Shown here: one piece after another, positions 21,301 to 31,710 of the stretch
Layout: the number at the start of each line of letters is the position of its first letter
How positions within the stretch are numbered: position 1 is the stretch's first letter
From: an uncultured Spirochaetota bacterium
Lineage (GTDB): Bacteria; Spirochaetota; Spirochaetia; SZUA-6; Fen-1364
DNA: 64,000 bases
Assembly: GCA_963745235.1 (NCBI GenBank)
Contig: CAVUXE010000073.1
Location: 1 to 64,000, forward strand
Reading direction: 5' to 3'
Position numbers and translations under genes: made by a program
Notes under the pieces: generated by a model
Database searches by the model: none
Told to the model about the DNA's origin: nothing
Seen by the model: the letters and a program-made list of their open reading frames with translations, nothing else

Positions 21301-21429
21301 AAAGCCCTGAAGAGCCTGCAGGAAAGGGCAAGCCGCATCGACGCGCCTTCGGAGAGGAGCTCCTTCCTGTCGCAAAACAGGTGGAACCGCAGGATCATGG
21401 ACGAGGCCCGGGAGAGGAAGCTCGTTTGA
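18373..21429 (+). CDS. Large P-loop NTPase with C-terminal TPR-like repeats (STAND-like)
   Basis: Walker A GPPGVGKT, Walker B-like LFLCDGVD, long helical repeat region. Confidence 0.7.
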   Translation: MVYCYAELRNYRQLTRLRASSLPGVESGLAGSLGSRKTSLISLGQGAWLVELGAEADLDASGVAAAMLRVLDFLEARRQELFGFALLVTSLPGGAPAHIGERLRGVLLGAEREEGLWCTPECVKLLAEFLAFDRGAELWRVTGPNQTPEPELAISEQPRPWIREALVARALDIISYRLNTGDSREILHLHGPPGVGKTALLREAATRLMGGGREMAVLRPHTLFKRRSPLHPFLNSLSAPLLAAAPRYLAGVERAAWAEVASLLTWLLGPESRELHPDHVMEDFLIGYRLCLTAWVRMAEEKRLPALFLCDGVDSYHPEARRIAATLVNDFLSLADFVPVVSSTEESLPEELSGISVRSLYVHPLGKRELRSLCEHFYPGLALPESLLRRLRRRSGGVYTSVVSYLQYLHRAGFIRFAAERHEWLPVASDDSSLPANPLSASWYLIRTLPPESFLLLYAVSLAGGLLDRRGFLAFLSEAGFEQRSVERTLSGLAMAGLVADEDTLIPRFPVLRRKLEEQLGVEGTALRDRFLSHMCALWDAGKYPHAVLLFTFLARNNRTDLALKVLPEIIRRKLEEGDIAGARTFCDPSKLEFSAEPTPSQREQIKALMATGRLRAALFEGDREAADTARPEVVEVTRSSCGQDLLGEAWVELAKQSLRRGDSPVSLEEAKRALLLFQDQHQGRSARAEAGERASYLWLGVTMLADGKLSEAAEYIGLSERLCREAGSPAGALLACTHLAAALFISGRFTQCLAAIERGRADARAIDRREAELFLLFLKARTQFQLGAHEDSCVILETCLGLATLYSVEAAIPVLHAWLGRGALYKGELDHGLRLLTQMEPSREVLFFLAEGCFFSDELDSASEHLDRALAIPTEFHFPPAEAPSWSDGFASIEGRCFRLSRGDAFVRRSLSALRAFLLGLRGAPQEGIPELHKLTRSERSVEEDPNGYWYNYLYSVILPEAGGEEMDDKETVLGKALKSLQERASRIDAPSERSSFLSQNRWNRRIMDEARERKLV

Positions 21430-21477
21430 CGGCGCCGCAGGGCGGACCCGGCAGCCCCGCTGCAGACCCCGCTGCTG

Positions 21478-21507
21478 TTGACGAGCCCTGCCAACTCCCC
21501 GTATACT
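21478..21507 (+). promoter_or_regulatory. sigma70-like promoter of AAA ATPase
   Basis: TTGACG-18-TATACT. Confidence 0.55.
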
Positions 21508-21537
21508 CTACTCTGCGATTTTCCTTGGGAGGGGAAC

Positions 21538-23289
21538 ATGGCAGAACAGCTCATTGTCAAAAATCTGCCCTTTATCAAGGTCCTCCCGGCCTGGGCCCAG
21601 GAGCTTTCTTACAAGTATTGCTCGAAAACCGCGAACCTCTATATCCTTTCCGGTAATATCCGCGACTTCCTCCCGCACAAGATGAAAGAGGGGGAGTTCA
21701 ACTTCGTCAAGATCCAGGACTACGTCTCCGAGGTGTTGTTCGGCAACCGGGACATCATCGTTTTCTACGACAGATCCTCCGGGGTGAGCTTCTGCACGCC
21801 TGACATGAAGAAAGACTATCTCGCCAAGATGCAGCAGCTCACGCCGCACGCCACGCCGGGGAACCTGCTCACCAGGAACCCCATCAAGGCCCTTTCCCAG
21901 CTGGAGAAATACTTCTACGCGAACATCTCGCACAACAAGCGCATCGTCCTGATCGTTGATTATGCCGAGACGGTTGTTCCGAACACCGACATCTCGCGGT
22001 ATACGGATGAAGACAGGTATTGCCTCGTAACGCTCAACCGCTGGGCCAACGACCCTATCTTCACCCAAGGTGATGTTTCCATTCTTCTCCTGACGGAAAA
22101 CCTTGCTGACCTGAATCCCACCATCGTCCGCTCCCCCGGGGCCATCAAGGTGAACATCCCCATCCCTGACGAGACGGTGCGCGCGAGCTTCCTCAGCTTC
22201 CTGGACGGCAAAGGGAAGCTGCTTCTGGAGGAGCGCCTGAGCGTCCAGGAGTTCGCAGCAATCACAAGCGGCTTGAACCTCGTGAACCTCAACCAGCTGG
22301 CAGCGGAGAGCTTCCAGGAGGACCGCGAAATAAGTCTCACGTATCTCAAGGAAAAAAAGAAGCAGATCATCGAGGCGGAGGCGGTCGGGCTGCTCGAGTT
22401 CATAGAAAGCGAGCACGAGCTGGCTGCTGTCTCCGGCCATGACTTCGTGAAGAAGCGATTTCGCAGCGCCGCCAAAGCGATCCGTGAAGGGCGTTTCGAC
22501 GTCCTGCCCATGGGGTACCTCATCTCGGGACCCGTGGGAACGGGCAAGAGCTTCATGGTCGCGGCATTTACCGGGGAGATCGGCATCCCCATCGTGAAGT
22601 TCCGCAATTTCCGCTCCAAGTGGCAGGGAGTGACCGAGTCAAATCTGGAGAAGATCCTCAACATCTTGAAGGCCATGGCGCCGGTCGGCGTCATGATAGA
22701 CGAGGCGGATGCGTTTCTCGGGGACCGGAACCAGGACGGGGACTCGGGCACGAGCAACCGGATCTTTGCGCAGATAGCATCGTTCATGGGCAACACCGAG
22801 TATCGCGGCAAGATCATCTGGTTCCTCATCACCTGCCGTCCTGACCTTCTCCCCATCGACCTCAAGCGCCAGGGCCGGGCGGAGGAGCACCTTGCGCTGT
22901 TCTATCCCGAGACGATCGAGGAAAAGGAAGACCTCTTCACGACGCTCGTGAAAAAGCTGTCCCTGAGGATCCAGAAAGTGAACGTCGCGGAGCTTTTCCG
23001 CAGGTACAAGTACGAGTTCTCCGGCGCGGACCTGGAGTCGGTGCTCATCCGCGCGAAATTCCTGTCCGCGATGAACAATCATGTCTTCATCACGAAGACC
23101 GACCTGGAGGAAACGATCCAGGACTTCATGCCTCCGGCATATCCGCACGAGATCGAGCTGCAGAACCTGGTTGCCGTCCTGGAGTGCACCAGCAGAGAGA
23201 TGGTTCCCCGGCGTTTCCGCGAGATGACGCGGGACAGGCTGGTGAGCGAAATCAAACAGCTGAAGGTGCTTCTGCACGAGAGAGAGTAG
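21538..23289 (+). CDS. AAA+ ATPase with degenerate N-terminal AAA-like domain
   Basis: GPVGTGKS, VMIDEAD, SRH-like DLKRQGR. Confidence 0.88.
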   Translation: MAEQLIVKNLPFIKVLPAWAQELSYKYCSKTANLYILSGNIRDFLPHKMKEGEFNFVKIQDYVSEVLFGNRDIIVFYDRSSGVSFCTPDMKKDYLAKMQQLTPHATPGNLLTRNPIKALSQLEKYFYANISHNKRIVLIVDYAETVVPNTDISRYTDEDRYCLVTLNRWANDPIFTQGDVSILLLTENLADLNPTIVRSPGAIKVNIPIPDETVRASFLSFLDGKGKLLLEERLSVQEFAAITSGLNLVNLNQLAAESFQEDREISLTYLKEKKKQIIEAEAVGLLEFIESEHELAAVSGHDFVKKRFRSAAKAIREGRFDVLPMGYLISGPVGTGKSFMVAAFTGEIGIPIVKFRNFRSKWQGVTESNLEKILNILKAMAPVGVMIDEADAFLGDRNQDGDSGTSNRIFAQIASFMGNTEYRGKIIWFLITCRPDLLPIDLKRQGRAEEHLALFYPETIEEKEDLFTTLVKKLSLRIQKVNVAELFRRYKYEFSGADLESVLIRAKFLSAMNNHVFITKTDLEETIQDFMPPAYPHEIELQNLVAVLECTSREMVPRRFREMTRDRLVSEIKQLKVLLHERE

Positions 23290-23363
23290 TCCACGCATCG
23301 AGCACGTCTGTTGCGGGCTCCGCTTCGACTTGATTTTCCTCCTGCCATCACTACAATTGGGTT

Positions 23364-23951
23364 GTGGAAAGTCACCGCAGAGTGCAGATTGCGCGAAAAA
23401 CGCGCGAAACTGATGTTTCAATCACCCTGGATCCAGACGCCAGCGCCGGTGGGCAGGTGCGGACCGGCCTGCCTTTCTTCGACCACCTCCTCGGCAGCAT
23501 GGCCTTTCACGGCAGGTTTTTTCTCGATGTCGGCGCCCAGGGTGACCTGGAGGTTGATGCACACCACCTTGTCGAAGATGTCGGCCTTGTCCTCGGCCAG
23601 GCCTTCTCCGCCGTCCTCGCCAAGAGCGGCCAGGTGCGACGGTTCGCTCATCAGGTCATCCCGATGGATGAGGCGCTGGCCCAGGTCACCATGGACGTGT
23701 GCGGCAGGCCAACCCTCGTGTGGCGTGTCCGCCTGCCCCAACCGCAGGCGGGGACCTTCGACCTGTCGCTCCTGCGGGAGTTTTTCGACGGGCTGACGGC
23801 CCAGGCGCGTATCAGTCTCCACGTTGATGCGCGGAGAGGCCGCAACAGCCACCACATCGTCGAGGCAGTGTTCAAAGCCCTCGGGAAGGCGCTTCACGAA
23901 TCGTACGCCCCCGCCGAAGATGAAATGTCATCCAAGGGACAGATCGGATAG
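23364..23951 (+). CDS. hisB: Imidazoleglycerol-phosphate dehydratase
   Basis: RKTRET, FFDHLL, DAHHLVED, PMDE, NSHHIVEAVFKA. Confidence 0.95.
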   Translation: MESHRRVQIARKTRETDVSITLDPDASAGGQVRTGLPFFDHLLGSMAFHGRFFLDVGAQGDLEVDAHHLVEDVGLVLGQAFSAVLAKSGQVRRFAHQVIPMDEALAQVTMDVCGRPTLVWRVRLPQPQAGTFDLSLLREFFDGLTAQARISLHVDARRGRNSHHIVEAVFKALGKALHESYAPAEDEMSSKGQIG

Positions 23952-24017
23952 GGGGGTTGCTATTTACTCCTGTGGCCCAATCAGGTATCTTGAAATTACA
24001 GGAAGTGTTGTCAACGT

Positions 24018-24368
24018 ATGAGCGCCCAGGATGTCCTGAAAAAGTTGCCATCAGGGGGTTTCCTCAAGACAACTCAGGAAACAAGCACACGGCTCACAAA
24101 GGAGCAGAGGGCTGCGCTCATCCGCAAAGGCAACGAGCTCTTCAACAAGGGGGACGTGGACCTCGCGCAGAGGATCTTTATTACGACGAAATACTCCGAT
24201 GGTCTGATCAGGATCGGGGACCGCCACGCGGACGGAGGAAAGCCGCTGGAGGCTCTGCGCGCATACTGGCTCGCTCCGTGTCCTGAGAAGGCCGCGGTTC
24301 TGATTGAAAGAATTGCGAAGGTGATGAAACAATGGCTGTCAGAGGGGAAGAAAGCGGGTACGACGTGA
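24018..24368 (+). CDS. Hypothetical helical (TPR-like) protein
   Basis: LIRKGNELFN..YSDGLIRIGD; GTGA overlap with next gene. Confidence 0.7.
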   Translation: MSAQDVLKKLPSGGFLKTTQETSTRLTKEQRAALIRKGNELFNKGDVDLAQRIFITTKYSDGLIRIGDRHADGGKPLEALRAYWLAPCPEKAAVLIERIAKVMKQWLSEGKKAGTT

Positions 24369-25468
24369 GCAGTGAGAACAGAATGTCGGAACCCATTCAG
24401 GTATCGATTTCCGAGCTGTCCAAGCGGGGCTACCAGCTCCTCAAGGAAGACCATATCGCGGAGGCAGAAGAGAACTTCCGCCGCATCCTGGAAGTAGAGC
24501 CTCAGAACAACTACGCGCTTGTCGGCATGGGAGATGCGGCGCGCAAGCGCAAGTCGTACCATGAAGCCATCCGCTACTACGAGGAGTGCCTGGGCTATCA
24601 CGTCGGCAACAAGTATGCGCTCGTCGGCCTGGCGGACAGCTACCGCTCGCTGAAGCAGTTCCACCGGGCAATCGAGATCTGGGAGAAGTACCTCGCGCAG
24701 GGAGACAGCGACGTGACTGTCCTGACGCGCATCGCGGATGCGTATCGCAAGGTCCTGGACTTCAACCGATCCAAGGAAATCTACCACAAGATCCTGGAGA
24801 TAGATCCCGGCAACCCGTACGCCCTCACCGGCCTGGGCTATCTGCACTTCGACCTGAAAGAGTACCGGGAAGCGCTCACGTACTGGGAGCGCATGCATGA
24901 GAAGGACCCGAAGAACATCTGGGTCCTCACCTCTATTGGCAACTGCTATCGCAAGCTCAAGACCTATGAAAAAGGGATTCCCTATTTCAAGAAGGCGCTG
25001 GAGATCCAGCCCAACAACTTCTACGCCCTTTTCGGGCTCGCTGACTGCTACCGGGGCATGAATGACCCGCAGGAGTCGCTCTTCTACTGGCAGAAGATCC
25101 TGGCGGCGGACCCGGACAACAAGGTCATCCTCACGCGGATCGGGGATTCCTACCGGGCCATGAACGACCTGGACACCGCGCGGGACTTCTACAGCAAGGC
25201 GCTGAACATCGAGTTCGACAGCTACGCCGTTCTCGGTCTTGCCCTCATCAACAAGGAGAGGGGCAATTACCTGGAGGCAATCGAGAGCCTCTCCGGCCTC
25301 CTCGTCAACGACGCCAAGAACCCCCGGCTCTACCTGGAGATCGCCCAGTCCTGGCTCGCCCTGGACAAGAAAGACAAGGCGTTGGAGGTGCTCACCCGCG
25401 CGCAACGCATGGGCGTGAAGAACCTCGGGGTGGCCGAGCTGCTGGAGAAGCTGCAGAAGACGCCCTAG
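24365..25468 (+). CDS. Tetratricopeptide repeat protein
   Basis: Repeated PxNxYALxG(L/M)(A/G)DxYR units. Confidence 0.9.
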   Translation: MSSENRMSEPIQVSISELSKRGYQLLKEDHIAEAEENFRRILEVEPQNNYALVGMGDAARKRKSYHEAIRYYEECLGYHVGNKYALVGLADSYRSLKQFHRAIEIWEKYLAQGDSDVTVLTRIADAYRKVLDFNRSKEIYHKILEIDPGNPYALTGLGYLHFDLKEYREALTYWERMHEKDPKNIWVLTSIGNCYRKLKTYEKGIPYFKKALEIQPNNFYALFGLADCYRGMNDPQESLFYWQKILAADPDNKVILTRIGDSYRAMNDLDTARDFYSKALNIEFDSYAVLGLALINKERGNYLEAIESLSGLLVNDAKNPRLYLEIAQSWLALDKKDKALEVLTRAQRMGVKNLGVAELLEKLQKTP

Positions 25469-25481
25469 CCAGGGAAGGCGA

Positions 25482-25546
25482 GGGCGAGCGAGTGCAGGGA
25501 TGCACGGGAGCGAGCCCCTAGCACGGGCGAGCGAGCGCAGGGATGC
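25482..25546. repeat. REP-like hairpin unit with partial direct copy
   Basis: GGGCGAGCGAG(T/C)GCAGGGATGC at 25482 and 25525; inner stem GTGCA-GGGA-TGCAC. Confidence 0.55.
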
Positions 25547-25550
25547 CCCT

Positions 25551-26387
25551 ATGAAGCTCATGGAAGGCAAGACAGCACTGATAACAGGCCCCACGTCCGG
25601 GATCGGACGGGAGATCGCTATCGGCCTCGCGAGGCTCGGGGCGAGCCTCGTGCTGGCCTGTAGAGACACCGCCGCTGGTGACCGGATGGCAAAAGATCTC
25701 ATGGCCTCCGGGGCCGGCTCCGTCCTCGTGGTGCAGGTTGATGTCGCAAGCCGAGAGTCAATCGGAGAGCTTGCAAAGCGGATCCTCGAACGGTATGCCC
25801 GGCTCGATGTGCTGGTCAACAACGCTGCGGTGAGCCGAGGGTCCCAGCCGCGGGCGGAGAACGCGGACGGGATCGAGCTGACCTTTGCAACGAACGTTCT
25901 CGGCTACTTCCTGACCACGCGCAGCCTGCTTCATCGACTGCGCGAAAGCGCCCCCGCGCGGATTGTCAACGTCGCCTCCACTTTTGCCAGCGACCTCGAC
26001 ATGGAGGACCTGCAGTTCAAGCGCCGACCCTTTGAAAGCATGAAGGCTTATGCCCAGTCCAAGGCGTGCGACAGGCTGCTCACGTGGGCCTTTGCCGGCA
26101 GGCTCGAAGGCAGCGGCGTCACGGCCAACGCGATGGCGCCCGGGCTGATTGCCGACACCGGCCTGTATCGCAACACGCCGCAGGACGTGATGGTCAGGCT
26201 GCGCCAGCGGGGAGGGGGTCGAACCGCTGCTGAGGGGGCGGACACCGCGGTGTGGCTTGCAAGCAGCCCGGATATCGAAGGGGTGAGCGGGAAGTTGTTC
26301 GAGAACAGGAAAGAAATCCCGTGCTCGTTCAGGAACCGGGACGTCGAAGAGCGTCTCTGGATGATCTGCGAGAGTCTTGCCGGCTGA
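25551..26387 (+). CDS. SDR family oxidoreductase (retinol dehydrogenase-like)
   Basis: TGPTSGIG, NNAA, YAQSK. Confidence 0.9.
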   Translation: MKLMEGKTALITGPTSGIGREIAIGLARLGASLVLACRDTAAGDRMAKDLMASGAGSVLVVQVDVASRESIGELAKRILERYARLDVLVNNAAVSRGSQPRAENADGIELTFATNVLGYFLTTRSLLHRLRESAPARIVNVASTFASDLDMEDLQFKRRPFESMKAYAQSKACDRLLTWAFAGRLEGSGVTANAMAPGLIADTGLYRNTPQDVMVRLRQRGGGRTAAEGADTAVWLASSPDIEGVSGKLFENRKEIPCSFRNRDVEERLWMICESLAG

Positions 26388-26396
26388 GCCCGGGGG

Positions 26397-28188
26397 TCAG
26401 TTCTCCAGTATCGCCCGAATCCTGCGGACACCCGCGGAAGATGACTGCTCTTTCTGGATCACGAACCTGCCCAGCGCGCCCGTGTGCTCCACGTGGGGAC
26501 CGCCGCAGACTTCCTTGGAGAAATCCCCGATCGAGTAGACCTTGACTTTCTCCTGGTATTTCTCTCCGAACAGGGCAATTGCCCCGCCGGCCCGTGCCTG
26601 CTCCAGCGTCATGACCTCCATGCTCACGGGCAGGTCCCTCTTGATCTGCTCGTTGACAATGGCTTCGACTTTCCGGATCTGTTCCTCCGTCATGGGTTGC
26701 GGGTGCGAAAAATCGAAGCGAAGCCTCTCCACGGTGATATTGGAGCCTTTCTGCCCCACGTGAGGGCCAAGCACCGTGCGCAGAGCCTGGTGCAGCAGGT
26801 GCGTGGCCGTATGCAGCTTCGTCGTCATCTCCGAGTGGTCCGCAAGCCCTCCTTTGAAGATCTTCTCCGCCCCCGCTTTTGACAGCTCCTGGTGCTTCTG
26901 GAACGCCTCGTCGAAGCCCGCGCGATCCACGCCCATGGCGTGCTCGCGCGCCAGCTCTTCCGTGATTTCGATGGGAAAGCCGTATGTATCATACAGCCGG
27001 AAAGCGACGCGCCCGGGGATGATCTTCTGCGGATTCTTCATGAGGTTGGGGAGAAGCTTCTCGAACTCGTGCTCCCCCTTCTGGAGAGTCTCGGAGAATC
27101 GTTCCTCCTCGAGGCCCATCTCCTCCGAGATCATGCCCGCCCGCTCGGAGAGCTCGGGATAGGAATCCTTGTAGATGGACACCACCTGCCCCGCCAGCTT
27201 TCCCAGGAAGCCTCCCTGGAGGCCCAGCTTGCGGCCGTGGCGGATGCTGCGCCTGATGAGGCGCCGCAGGATGTAGCCCTGGCCGAGGTTGGACGGCTTG
27301 ACGCCCTTGTCGTCCCCCAGGATGAAGGTTGCCGCGCGCACGTGGTCCGTGATGATCCGAAACGAGGTGTCCGTGGCGGACTCCGAGCCGTAGCGCCTGC
27401 CCGTGACCTCCATGAGGCGCTCGATCACGGGCCAGAACAGCTCCGTCTCGAAAACTGTCTTCTTGCCCTGGAGCATGGCGATTGTGCGGTCCACCCCCAT
27501 GCCAGTGTCCACGGTCTTCTGCGCCAAAGGGGGGTACTTTCCGTCCGCGGTCTTGTTGTACTGCATGAACACGTCGTTCCAGACCTCGAAGTACTTTCCG
27601 CAGTGGCACCCCGGTTTGCAGTCAGGGCCGCAGGAGGGGAGACCTGTGTCGATGAACATCTCGGTGTCAGGACCGCAGGGTCCCGTCTGCCCGGCAGGGC
27701 CCCACCAGTTGTCCTTGCGGGGGAGGAAATGGATGCGGCTCTCGGGAATCCCGACCGCCTTCCAGACGCCGGCCGCCTCATGGTCGGGAGGCACCTCGGA
27801 GTCCCCCGCGAACACCGTCACGGAAAGGACGTCGGGAGAAAACCCGAGCCACTTCGGGGAGGTGAGAAACTCGAAGGAAAACCGGATGGCATCATCCTTG
27901 AAATAGTCTCCCAGCGACCAGTTTCCCAGCATCTCGAAGAACGTCAGGTGCGACGGATCCCCGACCTCTTCGATATCGTCCGTGCGGATGCATTTCTGGA
28001 CGTCCACGAGACGCTTGCCCGGCGGGGTGCGGCTCTCCCAGGATGTAGGGGACGAGGGGATGCATGCCCGCCGTGGTGAAAAGGACGGTCGGGTCGTTTT
28101 CCGGGATGAGAGACTTGCCCGATATCTCCGCGTGCCCTTTTTCCTTGAAGAAGGCGATGTACGTGCGTTTCAGGTCGCTGCCGGTCAT
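26397..28188 (-). CDS. alaS: Alanine--tRNA ligase, short form, one frameshift (~28020)
   Basis: [55 protein letters not shown]. Confidence 0.95.
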
Positions 28189-28255
28189 GGCAGCTAAAGT
28201 AAGGGAAGCGGTGGGGGGTGTCAAGGATAGTTGGAAAATGGTAGAAGAAGGGCAC

Positions 28256-29150
28256 ATGACGCGACGTCCCATGCTCATCATCGCCTGCTATGCAACGATC
28301 TACGTCGTGTGGGGCTCCACGTACTTCTTCATCCGACGGTCGGTTTCCTCCCTGCCCTGGTCATGGGTCCTTGCGATCCGGTGGACCATCGGCGGCGCCC
28401 TGCTGCTGGGAGCATCCCTGGCTCGCGGGCGGCGGCCCCAACTGCCGTCGCGCCGCGAAGTGGCGGCCTCGATCTCCCTCGGGGTGCTCCTTCTCCTTGT
28501 GGGCAACGGCGGCATCACCATCGCGGAGAAGAACCTGGACAGCTACATCGCCGCGCTGATCGCCTCATCCACGCCCATCGTCGTTGCACTGTTCGATGGC
28601 CTCGTGCTCGGGAAGCGCCTGACGCTGTCCCGCCTCCTGGGGATTGCACTCGGCTTTTCCGGCGTTGCGCTCCTCCTCTACAACGGGCACTCAGTGGGGA
28701 GCAGCCTGAGCCCGGCTCTCCTCATCGGGCTCCTTGGCGTCGCCGGCTGGGGCCTCGCGACCAGCCTTGCCCACCGGGTCCCCGTCCATGGCGACACCAC
28801 GGTGAACAGCGGCATGCAGATGATGTTCGTCGGGATCGTCACCCTGCTGGGAAGCCTCCTCTTCGGTCCACCGCCTGCAAGAGTCTTCGCGGCGGTTTCC
28901 CCTTCCTCCGTGTTCGGGGTGCTCTATCTCGCAATCGTCGGATCTCTCGCCTTCAGCGCGTACACCTTCCTCGTGGCAAACGAGCCGGCGGAGCGCGTGG
29001 TGAGCTACGCCCTGGTGAATCCCGTCATTGCGCTCCTCATCGGCCTGGGTTTCGGCGGTGAGTCGCCCACTCCGTTGCTCCCCCTGGGGCTGCCGCTCAT
29101 CCTGGTGGGCGTGGCGTTCATGTTCTACGGGGAGAAAGCGATCAGGCGGC
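28256..29150 (+). CDS. EamA/DMT family transporter (reads in frame into PBP1C; end approximate)
   Basis: [26 protein letters not shown] (YedA-like). Confidence 0.85.
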
Positions 29151-31363
29151 TGCGATGCGGCCCAGCCGGGGACGGAATAACGCGCTGCGGGCGCCCGTGC
29201 GTCCGCGCACTTCTGGTTCTCTGCATCCTTGTCATCTCGAGCGCGGCTCCCTTCTGGCTTCCGTGGCCTGCGCTCGAAAAGTTCCTTCGTGACCCGTCCG
29301 GCGCGCGCATCACCGACCGGGACGGAAGGCTCCTGTCCGTCGTTGCCGGCGCAGACGGAAGCTTCCGGGAGACCCTTGCGTTCGACGACATTCCGCAAAC
29401 CTGCCGCGAGCTCTTCGTGCGCCTGGAAGACGAGCGGTTCTTCTCTCATCCCGGCGTGGATCCCCTCGCGGTCTTTCGGGCGCTGGATGCTCTTCTGCGC
29501 GGAGGCCCCCGCTCGGGGGCTTCCACGATCACCATGCAGCTTGCCCGCATCGTGTCGCCTCACCAGCGCAGCCTTGCCGGCAAGGTCGTGGAGGCCTTCC
29601 GGGCCCTGCAGCTCGAGTCCCGTCTCACGAAGGACCACATCCTTTTCCTCTACCTGAGCTCGCTGCCATTCGGCAGGAATGCGAGGGGAGTCGGCGCGGC
29701 CGCGTGGACGTACTTCGGCGCGGACCTGGCCGCCCTGAGCCCGGCCCAGCTTCTCGTGCTCGGGATCATCCCCCGAAACCCGACTTTCTATGATCCCTTC
29801 GACGACCCTGGGGAGGTCATCAGCGCCGCCGCGGAAGCTTCCCAGGCCAAGGGGCTGGGAATCAGCATGGATGAGATCAGGCGCGCCGTGATGTCGGCAA
29901 AGTCCGCCCGGCCTCCGGCAGGCGCCCCTCACTTTTCCAGGTACGTTGCGGAACGCCTGCGCAGGGGGCAATTGCACGCCGACCAGGGAGAGTTGCGAAC
30001 CACGCTCGACGGCGGGTTGAACTCCTTCATCCAGCAGCGTGTGAGGTTCTACCTGGATCGATATGCCCCAGCACGGGTGACCAACGCCGCGGTGGTTGTC
30101 ATCGACAACGCACGCGGGGCTGTTCTGGGGTGGGTCGGGTCGGGGGACTTTTCCGACGCCTCCAGGTCGGGACAGGTGGACGGCGTCCTGATCAGGCGGC
30201 AGAGCGCGTCAACGCTCAAGCCGTTTCTCTATGCCCAGGCGATAGAAACCGGCTGGACAGCGGCGACCCTGCTTCCCGACAGCCCCATGGAGTTTGCCTC
30301 GAGAGCGGAGGAGACTTATCGTCCCTCCAATTTCGACAGGCGCAGCCACGGCGTGGTGCGCCTTCGCACGGCCCTGGCAAGCTCGTTGAACGTCCCCGCG
30401 GTCTACACCTTGTCACGGCTCGGTCTCTCCCCGTTCATTGCTCTCCTGAAGGGCCTCGGATTTGCGCTGCCCGGCGATGCCGCCTCACGCTACGGCCTGG
30501 GCATGGCCATCGGCAACGCGGAGGTCTCCCTCCTGGAGCTCACCCGCGCTTTCAGCGTGTTCCCGCGCGGGGGTACTCTCCCCGAGCTCCTCCTTGCGCG
30601 GGGTCAGGCCCGCGGCGAAAGAAGGATCTATTCTCCGTTCACCGCCTGGCTGATCTGCAACATCCTCTCTGACCCGTCAGCACGCGCCACGGGGTTCGGA
30701 ACCAGGACGTATTTCCGCACCCCCTTTCCTGCCATGTTCAAGTCCGGCACATCGAGTGAGTTCACCAACCTGTGGTGCCTTGGCGCCACGCCGCGCTATA
30801 CGGTGGGCGCGTGGGCAGGCAACTTCGACGGCCGCACGGTCATCGACAAGACAGGGAGTATTGTGCCGACCCAGCTCGTGGTGGACGTGCTGGAGCGGCT
30901 GCAGTCCAGCGTGGACGACTTTCGAAAACCAGCCGGGGTGGTGGAAGCCCGGATCGACACGATGACCGGGCAGCGCGCCACACCCCAGAGCCCGGCCACA
31001 CGCCTCGAGTATTTCCGGGACGCCGAAGAGGTCCCTGAGCCGGATGTGTTTCACTCAAAGGCAGGCAGGCGGGAGTCGCTTCTCCTGGAAAGCCTCCTCG
31101 GCAGAGATGAGAAGGTCCGCATCCTGTTCCCGGTGAATGGCCAGGTCTTCTACCTGGATCCCACCGTCTCCTTGTCCGGACAGGCCGTGCCTTTCATGGC
31201 CGCCGCGCGCGGGGGTGCCCGGATCTCCGTGTTTGTCGACGGGGTGGAGATGGTACACGATGCCCAGGACCCGTCCCTGTCCATCGCCATGCATCCTGGG
31301 AGTCACGTGGTGGTGGCGAAGACGAATGCGGGCAGCGACAGGGCGGTCTTCGAGGTCAAATAG
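29151..31363 (+). CDS. pbpC: Penicillin-binding protein 1C-like transglycosylase/transpeptidase (start approximate)
   Basis: EDERFFSHPGVD, GASTITMQ, STLK, SLN, KSGT, C-terminal ILFP.NG domain. Confidence 0.85.
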
Positions 31364-31413
31364 GGGAGGTTCCCGCGTTGACTCCCTTCCCGGAAAATGC
31401 TCATCATGGCGCC

Positions 31414-31710
31414 ATGCCGGAAGAGTTTTACTCGGTCCGATCCGGATGCATCTTCCTGAGGGTCAAGGCAAAGCCCGGGGCCCGGGAGGATTCGATTCTC
31501 GGCGTGCGAGGTTCCGAGCTGGTGGTCTGCGTTCGCGTTCCGCCGGAAAAAGGCCGGGCAAACACGGAGATTGCCCGGGTGCTGGCAAAGGCGCTCGGGG
31601 TGCCCCGTGATGAAGTTGTCCTGAAGGTCGGCGGCTCCTCATCTCACAAGGTGTACACTGTCCCGGTTTCAGCGGCGCCGGTTCTGGGAAAGCTGGTGCC
31701 CGCGGTTTGA
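31414..31710 (+). CDS. DUF167 (YggU-like) protein
   Basis: VKAKPGA, PPEKGRAN, GGSSSHK. Confidence 0.85.
   Translation: MPEEFYSVRSGCIFLRVKAKPGAREDSILGVRGSELVVCVRVPPEKGRANTEIARVLAKALGVPRDEVVLKVGGSSSHKVYTVPVSAAPVLGKLVPAV

Noticed and set aside
26397-28188. Truncated AlaRS as a novelty
   Set aside because: Short AlaRS lacking the C-Ala domain is established in spirochetes
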